Assembly (NCBI GenBank): GCA_965212015.1
Contig: OZ243037.1
Span: forward strand, 1,184,001 to 1,248,000
Length of the DNA stretch: 64,000 nucleotides
Direction of reading: 5' to 3'
Source of the DNA: Cenarchaeum sp.
Lineage (GTDB): Archaea; Thermoproteota; Nitrososphaeria; Nitrososphaerales; Nitrosopumilaceae
The notes beneath the pieces are model-generated. The model searched no databases and was not told where the DNA came from. It worked only from the letters and a program-made list of their open reading frames with translations. The stretch's first letter is position 1, and every line of letters begins with the position of its first letter. Both the position numbers and the translations under genes were made by a program. Below, piece after piece: positions 32,023 through 41,013 of the stretch.

Positions 32023-33277
32023 CTGTTCCTGCCCCGATCAGCCGCCACCTGTCAGAGATCCGCCGGCTGATTGCTATGCTTGCGCCCTCAAAGAGGCACA
32101 CGGATCTCCTGAATTCAACCCGTATGTTGCCGTCCTTTGCCCCGAGCACCTTGCACAGGGCAGGCGCGGTGCCGACGCTGAGTCGCAACATCTCGCCGGT
32201 CTGGATTGGCGTCACCTTGGCTGCGGCGTCTGTTCCCACCGCCGAATCAAAAAGATCCACTGTCATTTTGGACTCGTCAGAGTTCTCAGGCAGCGTTCCT
32301 GGCCTGCCTATCACCGAGCCGATAAACGCATCCCCGCTGGTCATCGAGGGATCAAGCTTTGTGCCTATTGCGATGAGTCCGCCGGGCTTTACTGCGTCCA
32401 CCATTCCGGCGCCGGTTCCCAGCGAGATGATTTCGGTCCGTATTGACTCGTACGACTTTTTTTTCTCATTTAATAGTCCCGGCTTGATTTCCACCTCGTC
32501 GCCGACCTTTAGCGTTCCCTGGGTAAGCGAGCCGCCGATAATCCCCCCCTTCATGTCGCCTATCCTTGTGCCCGGCCTGTTGACGTCAAAGGAGCGCAGC
32601 ACGTGCATGACGGGCTCTTTTGACTCGCTCCTCTCGGGGGTGCGTATGGTCGTCTCTATTGCGTGCACCAGCGCGCGCATGTTGAGTCCGGACTGTGCAG
32701 AGACGGGAATTACCGGGGATTTGGACGCGTCTGTCCCCTTTAGAAATTTTGCAATATCCGAATAGTTTTCCATGGCCTCCTGGTATGTCAGCAGATCGAC
32801 TTTGTTTTGCACCACGACTATCTGCTTTATGCCCAGGATTTGCAGCGCAAGCATGTGCTCTTCGGTCTGCAGCTGCGGCACCTTTTGGTTTGCACCCACC
32901 ACTAGCAGCGCCCCGTCCATCAGTGCGGCGCCAGAAAGCATGTTTGCCATGAGGCTTTCGTGTCCGGGGCTGTCGACAAAGCTTACGACCCTCGAGAACT
33001 CGGACTCTCCGCCGCAGTTGGGGCACTTTGTGGACGTGGAATATCCCAGAATCGGCTCGCAGCTCGGACACTTGTAAAACGCGGCGTCAGAATAGCCCAC
33101 GCGGATTGTAATCCCACGCTTTAGCTCCTGGCTGTGGACGCTGGTCCAGACGCCGGTCAGGGACTGGATCAGAGTCGTCTTGCCGTGATCCACGTGGCCC
33201 GAGGTCCCTATATTGACGCACGGCTGGTATCCGTATTTTTTTACATACCAGTCGGGAAGGGTTTCTTTCCAGTGCAA
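32015..33277 (-). CDS. eif2g: Translation initiation factor 2 gamma subunit
   Basis: GHVDHGKTT, RGITIRVGY, Zn ribbon, DSPGH, QNKVD, RWRLIG motifs. Confidence 0.97.
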   Translation of the reverse strand: MHWKETLPDWYVKKYGYQPCVNIGTSGHVDHGKTTLIQSLTGVWTSVHSQELKRGITIRVGYSDAAFYKCPSCEPILGYSTSTKCPNCGGESEFSRVVSFVDSPGHESLMANMLSGAALMDGALLVVGANQKVPQLQTEEHMLALQILGIKQIVVVQNKVDLLTYQEAMENYSDIAKFLKGTDASKSPVIPVSAQSGLNMRALVHAIETTIRTPERSESKEPVMHVLRSFDVNRPGTRIGDMKGGIIGGSLTQGTLKVGDEVEIKPGLLNEKKKSYESIRTEIISLGTGAGMVDAVKPGGLIAIGTKLDPSMTSGDAFIGSVIGRPGTLPENSDESKMTVDLFDSAVGTDAAAKVTPIQTGEMLRLSVGTAPALCKVLGAKDGNIRVEFRRSVCLFEGASIAISRRISDRWRLIGAGTVG

Positions 33278-33309
33278 CGATCAGATACAAAAAAGCCGTA
33301 TATGTTAAG

Positions 33310-33690
33310 CTATTCCTTGGTTTTGTCGGCTGTCTGCTCGGCCTTTGGCAACTCGCCGTCAAGCCGGCAGTTGATCTGGTAAATCTCCTCGGAGATTTGG
33401 TTTCCCCGCACCAGCTTGCGCACGCGCTCGCCTTTTTCTGCATCCTGCAGCCCCACTCCCTTGGATAGCAGGACGTATTTTCTTGCCGCACCGTGCACGT
33501 CCTCGCGCATCGGCACGCCCGACTTGTCGCTTCCGCCGGTAATCGTAATCTTTCCTGGAAAATCAACTGCCGCCGCGTCTGCCTCCGAGCCTATCTCTAG
33601 GCCCAGCAGCGGGTTGGCATCGCCGTCTTTGAGCTCTTTGGTAATTGATTTTCCCTTGCTGTCAGATATTGTCAACTTGAAGCTGGCCAA
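33310..33690 (-). CDS. rps6e: 30S ribosomal protein S6e
   Basis: ITGGSDKSGVPMR, GERVRKLVRGN, QIN motifs; rps6e-eif2g-PIN gene order. Confidence 0.96.
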   Translation of the reverse strand: MASFKLTISDSKGKSITKELKDGDANPLLGLEIGSEADAAAVDFPGKITITGGSDKSGVPMREDVHGAARKYVLLSKGVGLQDAEKGERVRKLVRGNQISEEIYQINCRLDGELPKAEQTADKTKE

Positions 33691-33814
33691 GTATTGCAAA
33701 AAAACCGCGAACTACTAATTAAGGTTTGCCTAGTCGCAGGTAAAGCGCGCCACATCCGGCGGATGCACGGCGCGGCGAAAAATTGTTTTAAGGCAGGGAA
33801 TGGATGACTAGTCT

Positions 33815-33937
33815 GTGCCGGAGGATATTGCGTGCCCCATATGCGATACCAAGATGCTGGACATACAGGTGTGCCACATGCTGTGCCCAAGGTGTGGTGC
33901 GAATCTGGACTGCTCAGACAAGGGCAGCTATTGGTGA
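33815..33937 (+). CDS. 40-aa CPxCG-type zinc-finger microprotein
   Basis: Translated by hand from GTG: MPEDIACPICDTKMLDIQVCHMLCPRCGANLDCSDKGSYW; TTTAAG box about 25 nt upstream. Confidence 0.75.
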   Translation: MPEDIACPICDTKMLDIQVCHMLCPRCGANLDCSDKGSYW

Positions 33938-33938
33938 A

Positions 33939-34115
33939 TCACATGCCGCCGGGCCTGTCGGGGATATAGTCGGCTGCCATGTTGACTGCCTCCTGCTTCA
34001 TGATCTCTAGGTACTCGTCATAGCCTGCCTTAAAACCGCAGTGCGGGCAGAGCACCCTTGTGACATTGTCATCCAGTACGGCGATATTGCCGCACTCGGG
34101 ACACCGCGCATCCAT
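33939..34115 (-). CDS. 58-aa zinc-ribbon microprotein (two CPxCG motifs)
   Basis: Translated by hand: MDARCPECGNIAVLDDNVTRVLCPHCGFKAGYDEYLEIMKQEAVNMAADYIPDRPGGM. Confidence 0.82.
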   Translation of the reverse strand: MDARCPECGNIAVLDDNVTRVLCPHCGFKAGYDEYLEIMKQEAVNMAADYIPDRPGGM

Positions 34116-34136
34116 GACTGGGATGGGCCTTCAAGG

Positions 34137-34143
34137 TATATAA
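34137..34143. promoter_or_regulatory. TATA box possibly shared by the divergent zinc-ribbon gene and tRNA-Gly
   Basis: TATATAA/TTATATA lies about 22 nt from the minus-strand ATG (34115) and about 24 nt from the tRNA 5' end (34168). Confidence 0.5.
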
Positions 34144-34167
34144 CGATAGTTTTCAAATCCAGTGTGT

Positions 34168-34241
34168 GCGGAGTTAGTCTAGCCCGGTATGACGTCAGCT
34201 TCCCAAGCTGAAGGTCGCGTGTTCAAATCCCGCGCTCCGCA
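34168..34241 (+). tRNA. tRNA-Gly(CCC)
   Basis: Acceptor stem GCGGAGT/GCTCCGC, anticodon arm TCAGC-TTCCCAA-GCTGA, GTTCAAATC T-loop. Confidence 0.93.
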
Positions 34242-35203
34242 TCCAATTCACCGAGCGCCTGCCGGACGGACTCGGCGTCAGACGCATTGGGGACGCGCCT
34301 GAGATAGTCCTCCAGGTCGGATTTGGCCTGGGCGTTTTTGTCCTGCTGCATTCTGGCAAGTGCGCGGTTTTTGTAGATCGGCCCGTACCTCGTGGGATTG
34401 ATCTGTATGGCGCGCGTGTAAAATTTCTCGGATTCGGCAAAGTTTTTGGTCTTTAGGTAATAGTTGCCAAGGCCCCTGTACGCAAGAAAGGAGAGGCCGT
34501 TGATCTCGATGCTTTTCTTATAGTAACTGACGCACTCGGCAGAGTTTTGCTCGTTGTGGATGGAGCCCAGCATCGAGTAGGCAGTCGCGTTTTTTTTATC
34601 AAGGCGCACTGCCTGCATCAGCGAGTCGATCGCCTCCTTTGTGTTTTTTAGCAGGTTCAGCCGCTCAGAGACAAAGCACAGGCGGTTTGACTTTGCGCCG
34701 TCCTCGTCTGCTGCGGGGATTTTTGAGATGGCCTCTGCCGTTCCAAGGATTATCATCAGCCTTCCGTCCTCAGACCAGATCCTGTCGAACTGTTTTTCTG
34801 GTATTATTCCCACCTGGAACTCGTCGCCGCTTACCGCCTGCGGGATATAGTGCATGATGGTCCTTTCTGCGTCGTCGTACCCGGATATGACAGACGCGTG
34901 CTGGATCGTGTTTTGGACCCCCGGCAGTATTACTATCGGCGGAATGCCCGCGTCAATCACCCCCTTTAGCCGGGCGAGGCTTCCGTGGGCTATGATGCCC
35001 CGCAGGCCGTGCCTTTCGGCCAGCTCTATGCCCTCAATCAGGATGCTGCCGTTGATGCCTGCGTATTTTTTCGAAATCTCTACTGCCTCGCGCATCGGCA
35101 GCTCGACGTTCCAGTATTTGGACACTGCATTGATGGAGAGCGGCAGGCATATGTTGTCCTCCCTGATCATCGGCAGTATCAGCTCGTGCTCGGACGAATC
35201 CAT
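34223..35203 (-). CDS. C39-like cysteine peptidase domain + TPR repeat protein
   Basis: NICLPLS (Cys), QHASVISGYDD (His/Asp), C-terminal TPRs (AYSMLG, AYRGLGNYY, IYKNRA). Confidence 0.85.
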   Translation of the reverse strand: MDSSEHELILPMIREDNICLPLSINAVSKYWNVELPMREAVEISKKYAGINGSILIEGIELAERHGLRGIIAHGSLARLKGVIDAGIPPIVILPGVQNTIQHASVISGYDDAERTIMHYIPQAVSGDEFQVGIIPEKQFDRIWSEDGRLMIILGTAEAISKIPAADEDGAKSNRLCFVSERLNLLKNTKEAIDSLMQAVRLDKKNATAYSMLGSIHNEQNSAECVSYYKKSIEINGLSFLAYRGLGNYYLKTKNFAESEKFYTRAIQINPTRYGPIYKNRALARMQQDKNAQAKSDLEDYLRRVPNASDAESVRQALGELDAERGI

Positions 35204-35237
35204 ACACGTGCAAAGGCGCCCTAGTTATTAATACCAA

Positions 35238-35798
35238 TCAGAGCATGACGAATCTGCGTATGAGCTTCTGTCCGTCCTCGCTCATCTCTGGGTGAAACTG
35301 CGTGCCAAATATCCGGGAATTGCCCACGCGCACCAGCTCGTTGTCGCAGCTGCCGGATCGTCCAATGCCGGACATGGAGCCGCCCAGCTTTGATATCTCA
35401 AAGCGGTGGCTCTCAAAGACTGACATGCCGCCAGAGCACAGCGGGTTGGATTCGAGAACCTCCACGGTCTCTGTGCCCCGCACGTGGGCGGACCGCCTTA
35501 TGGTTCCCCCGAGGGTGAGGGCGAGGATTTCTGCGCCGTAGCAGATGCCAAGAAGCGGCATGCCGCCAGATACCGCATGCCGGACTATGCTAGAGTTCAG
35601 CGCGTTCATGGCCGCGCTGTTTTTTATGCGCCCCGACAAAATGTACGAGTCAAAGCCTGCCAGCTGCGAGACGTCCAGCACGTCGGAGGCGATTCTCCTA
35701 AAGTCGGTTCCAAGCGTGCGCAAAAAGTCAACGAGGTTTTTTGTAAAGACAGAACCGTTGTCAAGTACCAGTAGCAACCACCAGTAGGAAAAGGCCAT
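35238..35798 (-). CDS. Stand-alone class I glutamine amidotransferase (GMP synthase subunit A-like)
   Basis: LDNGS, LGICYG (Cys), SH, QFHPE motifs; start may be TTG 35777. Confidence 0.88.
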   Translation of the reverse strand: MAFSYWWLLLVLDNGSVFTKNLVDFLRTLGTDFRRIASDVLDVSQLAGFDSYILSGRIKNSAAMNALNSSIVRHAVSGGMPLLGICYGAEILALTLGGTIRRSAHVRGTETVEVLESNPLCSGGMSVFESHRFEISKLGGSMSGIGRSGSCDNELVRVGNSRIFGTQFHPEMSEDGQKLIRRFVML

Positions 35799-35846
35799 CT
35801 TAAATGAATCTTTCAGGGCGCGTATGTTGCGGGTGAGTCTGCGCGC

Positions 35847-38702
35847 CTAGCCGCCGACTTCGATCGAGATGTAGTGCAGCTGCGTAATGCCGTCCTTGAC
35901 TATGATGGTGCCAAAGTTAAACGCGTCGTCCTGCTCCCATATGAAGACCCTTTCGGTGGGTGCGGCAAACTCGTCGATAAAGTCCGATATCAGCTCCTCT
36001 GTGTCCCTGCGCTCGGCGTCGGTATAGAAGAATATCTCGCCCTCCTGGAACGACACCGGAACCTGGATCGAAGTCGGCTCGATGATCTCAATGTCCGCCT
36101 CTGCAAACAGCCCCTTGATCAGCGAGATTCTGTCGGATCTTTCCAGCTCCGCAGACGAGCCCCCGGTGACGGCGGAGTTGGTGGGAATGCCGGAGAGTTT
36201 TTGCAGGTACGCCTCAAAGGCCTCCTCCTGCGTCTGGCCCAGGCCCACGTGGTATTCGCCGGTAAAGGCAGCACCCACTGCCGCAATGGTTCCCAGCTGC
36301 GCAACTACGCCGCCGGCGCCTGCGGTGTATACGGGGATGAAATATGTGTCGTGATCCCCCACGTGGTACAAAATGTTGTCGCCCACCCGCGGGTTGCGCA
36401 GCAGCGTCTTTAGCTGGGCAAAGTCCGGATCCCGGTCCAGTGCCTCGTTTACCGCAGTCGGGCCTATCAGCTTTGTAGTGGAGTTTAGCGGCACCTCGTA
36501 GAACTGCATGTTGCCCAGGTTGGGAAGATCGTTTTGCACGACCATGAATCCGGCCAGGTTACGTCCCTGCGATCCCCGCAGCTCAAGGGAGAGCAGGCCG
36601 ACGAACTCTGGCTTTTCAAAGCCGGGAGGCTTGGCCTCTATGTAATAGGTGTCAAGCCCGCGCGGTATCTCGTAGAACTCGTTTGCCTGTATGTAGGTCT
36701 CCACGTCAGTCACGTGGTAAAAGTTGTACATGCTTGTCTTCCAGTTGAAGAGCTCGACTGGATACCTTACCTGCTCTTGCAGCCACGAGGGGATTGGCTC
36801 GAACTCTTCGCCGTACTGGTTTTCAAACATTTCGGTAAAAAAGTCGTCGCCGACTTTGAGCAGGCGGATCTCCCCGTCATAGGTGTCAATCAGGGCATAG
36901 CCGATCAGCCGTATGTAATAGTTGTCGTCTGCCCACGGGACGTCGTCGGCCCTGATGCCAAAGATCAGCGGCACGAGCCAGTAAGAGTCGATCCCGTCGG
37001 TGACAGGGTAAGAGTCCAGCTCCTTGTCAAAAAAGTTGTATACGAAATACGGATAGAGGGTCTCCATCCTGGAATTGATGTCCTTGTACCTCATGATGTG
37101 GATCGGCTCTGTGGGAAACGAGAGCAGAAAGTTCGGCTCAAATATCCAGCTCATCGGGGGAGGCAGCGTCAGGCCCCCCGTGCCGTCGTAAAACTCTTCG
37201 TTTAGCTCCGCGCTGACGTCGCCCCGGTTGACCGGGTATCCCGACCAGGTATCGGCCAGCAGGCCGCCCTCGCCGTAATAGATGAGCCTTTGCGAGAAAA
37301 ACTTTGAGCTGTCGACTATCTGGCCCTCTGTTGCGTCCAGGGTGAGGAATCCGTTGGGCACGTGCGTGTACACCAGGTGCTCGTTGTACCATCTGTCGGC
37401 CACATCAACGGACGGCGGCAGTATGGGCGTCATCGACGCAGTCCAGTAGAGCGTATTGTTAAAGCGCAAAATGTCATTGTCCTCAAAGGCGACGTACGGG
37501 ATTAGGCCTATTTCGGGCTTTAGCTTTGCAAAGGCCGCCTCCCAGTCCCATACGCGGATGACGTCTAGCACGTCGCTGTTCTGCCGGATATAGCTGTCGA
37601 TATTGTTAGCAGAGATCGGATCTAGATGCACGTCGTGGACTTTTTCGTTGATCTGATCCAGCTCCGCCAGATAGCGGTTCACGCCTATCTGCTGCGCCGT
37701 GTACGGGCCGAGGTACTCGATCTTTCTTGCGTCGGCTATGCTGTCGTTGACGAGGATTATTCCGACTGTGATTATGGTGATGGCGATTATCACCAGGATG
37801 CGGATGTATACGTCCCTGCTCAGCATGTGGGTGAGAACCTTGGCGCGAATCCTGTCGGTAAGCGAGAATGCTATGAATGTAAACCCGATTATCAGCACGC
37901 CTGCGATCACGTATCTTGTGTTATAGTCAATCTGACTGGTGAAAAACAAATTAAAGCCCGTCCACAGGACGCCGATTCCGATTATCGCCTCGATTGTGGA
38001 CACATAGTTCAGATAGCGCGGCTTGCCCTCTGAGGTGTCGTGTATGTACGACGTTATGACGCCGATCATCGAGTGCAGTCCGACGTAGAGAATCAGCCGC
38101 AGCCCGACTGCAGTCAGGATCGGCGGGATCAGCACCAGCAGCGCGGGAATTATCGGGATTATCTGCTCGTCAGAATACGCCGGATCGGTGGGCGGCGTGA
38201 CAAACGGAAGCGAGAACAGCGTGGGAATGTTCTCCACGCCCAGCGTGTTGCCGTCGATGACTTCCATCGCGGCGAATCCGAACAGCACGTTTGTGAAAAA
38301 CGCCCCAAAGAGGAATATCTTGGTTATCTGCCATATTACAAACTGGACGGATCCGATCCTATAGTCCCTGTAGCTTGTAATGCCGGCAGAGATCGGCTCG
38401 CGCGAGCTCCTGCCCATAAACGTGATGGCCGTGCTGATCACGTACCAAAAGATCGACGATCTGCGCGCCACATTGACGCGTACCAGCGAGACGGCAGACA
38501 GTATCAGCGCCGAGATTACAGAGTAGAATAGCGGTTTTATGAACTTGTCATCGAACTCGCTGATGTTCATAAAGAGCGTAATGCCCTGGACTCCCACTAT
38601 GAACAGTATTGTCAGCCCTATGGCGGCGACTATGGCAAATTTGACGTATTTGCCAGCATTTGGTGGCGGAGCCCTCTCAGTAGATGCGCTATACAAAACC
38701 AA
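35847..38702 (-). CDS. UPF0182 family membrane protein
   Basis: Multi-TM N-terminal half; IRVWD, WYNEHLVYTH, IYYGE, RYPVELF, YHVTD, NLAG motifs. Confidence 0.88.
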   Translation of the reverse strand: MVLYSASTERAPPPNAGKYVKFAIVAAIGLTILFIVGVQGITLFMNISEFDDKFIKPLFYSVISALILSAVSLVRVNVARRSSIFWYVISTAITFMGRSSREPISAGITSYRDYRIGSVQFVIWQITKIFLFGAFFTNVLFGFAAMEVIDGNTLGVENIPTLFSLPFVTPPTDPAYSDEQIIPIIPALLVLIPPILTAVGLRLILYVGLHSMIGVITSYIHDTSEGKPRYLNYVSTIEAIIGIGVLWTGFNLFFTSQIDYNTRYVIAGVLIIGFTFIAFSLTDRIRAKVLTHMLSRDVYIRILVIIAITIITVGIILVNDSIADARKIEYLGPYTAQQIGVNRYLAELDQINEKVHDVHLDPISANNIDSYIRQNSDVLDVIRVWDWEAAFAKLKPEIGLIPYVAFEDNDILRFNNTLYWTASMTPILPPSVDVADRWYNEHLVYTHVPNGFLTLDATEGQIVDSSKFFSQRLIYYGEGGLLADTWSGYPVNRGDVSAELNEEFYDGTGGLTLPPPMSWIFEPNFLLSFPTEPIHIMRYKDINSRMETLYPYFVYNFFDKELDSYPVTDGIDSYWLVPLIFGIRADDVPWADDNYYIRLIGYALIDTYDGEIRLLKVGDDFFTEMFENQYGEEFEPIPSWLQEQVRYPVELFNWKTSMYNFYHVTDVETYIQANEFYEIPRGLDTYYIEAKPPGFEKPEFVGLLSLELRGSQGRNLAGFMVVQNDLPNLGNMQFYEVPLNSTTKLIGPTAVNEALDRDPDFAQLKTLLRNPRVGDNILYHVGDHDTYFIPVYTAGAGGVVAQLGTIAAVGAAFTGEYHVGLGQTQEEAFEAYLQKLSGIPTNSAVTGGSSAELERSDRISLIKGLFAEADIEIIEPTSIQVPVSFQEGEIFFYTDAERRDTEELISDFIDEFAAPTERVFIWEQDDAFNFGTIIVKDGITQLHYISIEVGG

Positions 38703-38774
38703 CTTTGGTCGTTTCTTGGCAAATTAATGTCTTACCGGATGGGCCGTACGGGGATTGGGCGTGAAAAATTCGGC

Positions 38775-39902
38775 TCAAAGGGGGGCTATGGTGGCCAGTC
38801 CCTTGCAGACCATGTATGCGGCTGCGAATCTTGGCACGACGACTGATTCGCCCCCATATGGGCCGAATTTCGTGTTTTTGAGCATGAATTCCGCCGGGAC
38901 GTCGGCAGTCACCCTGACCTCGTCTGCGTCAATCAGGCACGCCTCGTCATACGGGTCAAACCCGTCAATGTCCGGGCAGGGAATCTTGGCCAGGCCGCTC
39001 TTGCCGTTAAGTGAGCCGGCAAGCCTGAATATCCTGTGCACGTCCATCGTGACGTTGGGGTCGATTACTGCGCCAATTACAGGCGAGAGATCCCGGAGCC
39101 GGCCTGCAAACGAGTCATAGCCGTCCTCGATCATCTTTGTGACGATTTTGGATCGCTGTGACTTTGGGTTGAGGATTTCCCTGGAGAGCCTGCCCCTCCA
39201 TCCCTTTTCATCGTGCGTGGGAAATTCGGATCTGCGCTGCTTGTATCTCTTTATTCCGAACCTTTCGGGAATCGCGCCGGTAAACGTGATATAGTCTACG
39301 ATGCCCCTGCGCTCCCTAGAGTTGAGCTTTTGAAACTGCGTGTCAGGCACGTGCACGTGAAACCCCTCGTTGCCCGAAAAATAGACTGCGATTGACTTGC
39401 GGTCCACGCCCAGGTCGCCAGTCAGGATGTCTGAGAGCTTTTTGATCTCTTTTTTTGCCGCGCCGATACAGTCCGCGCACGGAAGCGACTTTGTCTCGTT
39501 TTTTGCGGACTTGCAGTGAGGACACGCCGGATCCCCCAGGAATATCCTGCCGCACGATCCGCATTTTTTAAACGTGTGGGCCGGGCGGCACGGCAAGTTG
39601 AGATCCTTTGCGTCTATGTCAAATATCAGATCCGCCTCCCTCCAGTCCTTTTCTGCCATCGGCAGGTCGGGAAAGGAATAGTGGCCGTTTGAGCAGTAAA
39701 TGTCAGACGGGGAGTTTTGCATTATTACAAGGCGGAGCTCCCTGTCGTTTCTGAGGTGCAGGTGGCGCGTCATTCCAGAGTTGAACTTTTGGTATCCGAA
39801 CTCGCGCAGAAACGGCTTTGGCGGGATGCCGATCAGATCAAAGTGATCAAAATAGTACCTCTTGAAGGACTCTTCTAGCATCCTTGCGTCGTCCTCACGC
39901 AT
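38775..39902 (-). CDS. priS: DNA primase small (catalytic) subunit
   Basis: REFG, LIFDIDAKD, FSGNEGFHVH, IDPNVTMDVHRIFRL motifs; Cys-rich Zn insertion. Confidence 0.95.
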   Translation of the reverse strand: MREDDARMLEESFKRYYFDHFDLIGIPPKPFLREFGYQKFNSGMTRHLHLRNDRELRLVIMQNSPSDIYCSNGHYSFPDLPMAEKDWREADLIFDIDAKDLNLPCRPAHTFKKCGSCGRIFLGDPACPHCKSAKNETKSLPCADCIGAAKKEIKKLSDILTGDLGVDRKSIAVYFSGNEGFHVHVPDTQFQKLNSRERRGIVDYITFTGAIPERFGIKRYKQRRSEFPTHDEKGWRGRLSREILNPKSQRSKIVTKMIEDGYDSFAGRLRDLSPVIGAVIDPNVTMDVHRIFRLAGSLNGKSGLAKIPCPDIDGFDPYDEACLIDADEVRVTADVPAEFMLKNTKFGPYGGESVVVPRFAAAYMVCKGLATIAPL

Positions 39903-40926
39903 TGCGCCTCCTCCTTCCGAACTGGAGCGGGTTGACTATGCCGTCGCATTCCGGAACGGCAAAGCACAGGTTCTGGGTCTGGAGCTTTGCGCACGAGGGG
40001 CACGAATATTTTGTCCCGCTTCCAGAGGAGCCGGCAAGGTGGTTGAGCTGGTACAGCGTGATCTTTTCGTCATAGTCCGGCGCGTTTTTGAACAGCGGGG
40101 CGATCTGCTGGACGGTCTGGCCCCTGCCAAGCAGGAACGTGGCAAGCATAAAGCGTCCGGAGTGGGGCAGATTCTCGCCGCGCTCTAGCACCTTTATCCC
40201 GTGCTTTATGCACGGCGGAAACTCGGTGGACACCACGGTGCCGGTGGCGAACTTTTTTGCAAGCAGCGCCAGCTTGCTTACCGGCCCCTCAAAGCCGGCG
40301 TACATCTGCGGGGTGTTTGCGGAGGTGATTTTGGAGTGGATATAGTTGCCCAGCTTTGTCCGGATCAGGCGGACGGTCTCGTGTGGGGAGAGAAACACGC
40401 ATCCGTCCTCGACGCGCCTGTTTATCAGGTTCCATTCCCGTTCATGGAATGGCGTGGCGTGCACCACATAGTCAGATACTGAAATCACAAAGCTGTCCTC
40501 GCGCTTTGAGACTGCGACGCCAAACAGGTCCTTTATCAGCCGGACTGCCAGATCGTCCTTTCTTTGGCCGGAGGCGTCGATCAGATCCCTTTCGAGGAAC
40601 TTTTCTGCCCTGCGGGACTCGGCCAGGGCGAACCTCCTGATTAGCGTGTGCATGCCGCCAAACTTTAGCAGGACCACTGCCAGCAGGAACGAAAAGATCT
40701 CGCGCGGAAGAAGCGAGTCACTAGAGACAAAGCTGTCAGTCAGCTCCGACTTGTAGATTTTGCCGTCTGCGGCCACCCGTATCCGGTCATAGGCGCTGTC
40801 CACTATTACCTTCAGGTCGGGATCAGTCCCGAACTGCTCTAGCGAAAAACCCTGGTCCTTGAGATATTTGCCGGAATCTGCAAGAAACGGGTATTTGGCC
40901 ATTTCATCTGAGCCTAGATTTATCAT
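39895..40926 (-). CDS. priL: DNA primase large subunit
   Basis: AKYPFL, FPPCI, LPHSGRF, APDY...TLYQ, YSCPSC...LC...C Fe-S motifs. Confidence 0.94.
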   Translation of the reverse strand: MINLGSDEMAKYPFLADSGKYLKDQGFSLEQFGTDPDLKVIVDSAYDRIRVAADGKIYKSELTDSFVSSDSLLPREIFSFLLAVVLLKFGGMHTLIRRFALAESRRAEKFLERDLIDASGQRKDDLAVRLIKDLFGVAVSKREDSFVISVSDYVVHATPFHEREWNLINRRVEDGCVFLSPHETVRLIRTKLGNYIHSKITSANTPQMYAGFEGPVSKLALLAKKFATGTVVSTEFPPCIKHGIKVLERGENLPHSGRFMLATFLLGRGQTVQQIAPLFKNAPDYDEKITLYQLNHLAGSSGSGTKYSCPSCAKLQTQNLCFAVPECDGIVNPLQFGRRRRNA

Positions 40927-41013
40927 GCCATATTTTTGTCCCATCCACTTAAAAAATTTGATTCGGGGGCCCATTCTGCGGGGGGCGCCTGCCTGTCAAA
41001 ATTCCTGCGGGTT

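Noticed and set aside
33800-33814. In-frame ATG-GAT-GAC-TAG upstream of the 40-aa zinc finger, suggesting read-through or a pseudogene
   Set aside because: The GTG at 33815 lies at normal distance from the TATA-like box and gives a complete domain.
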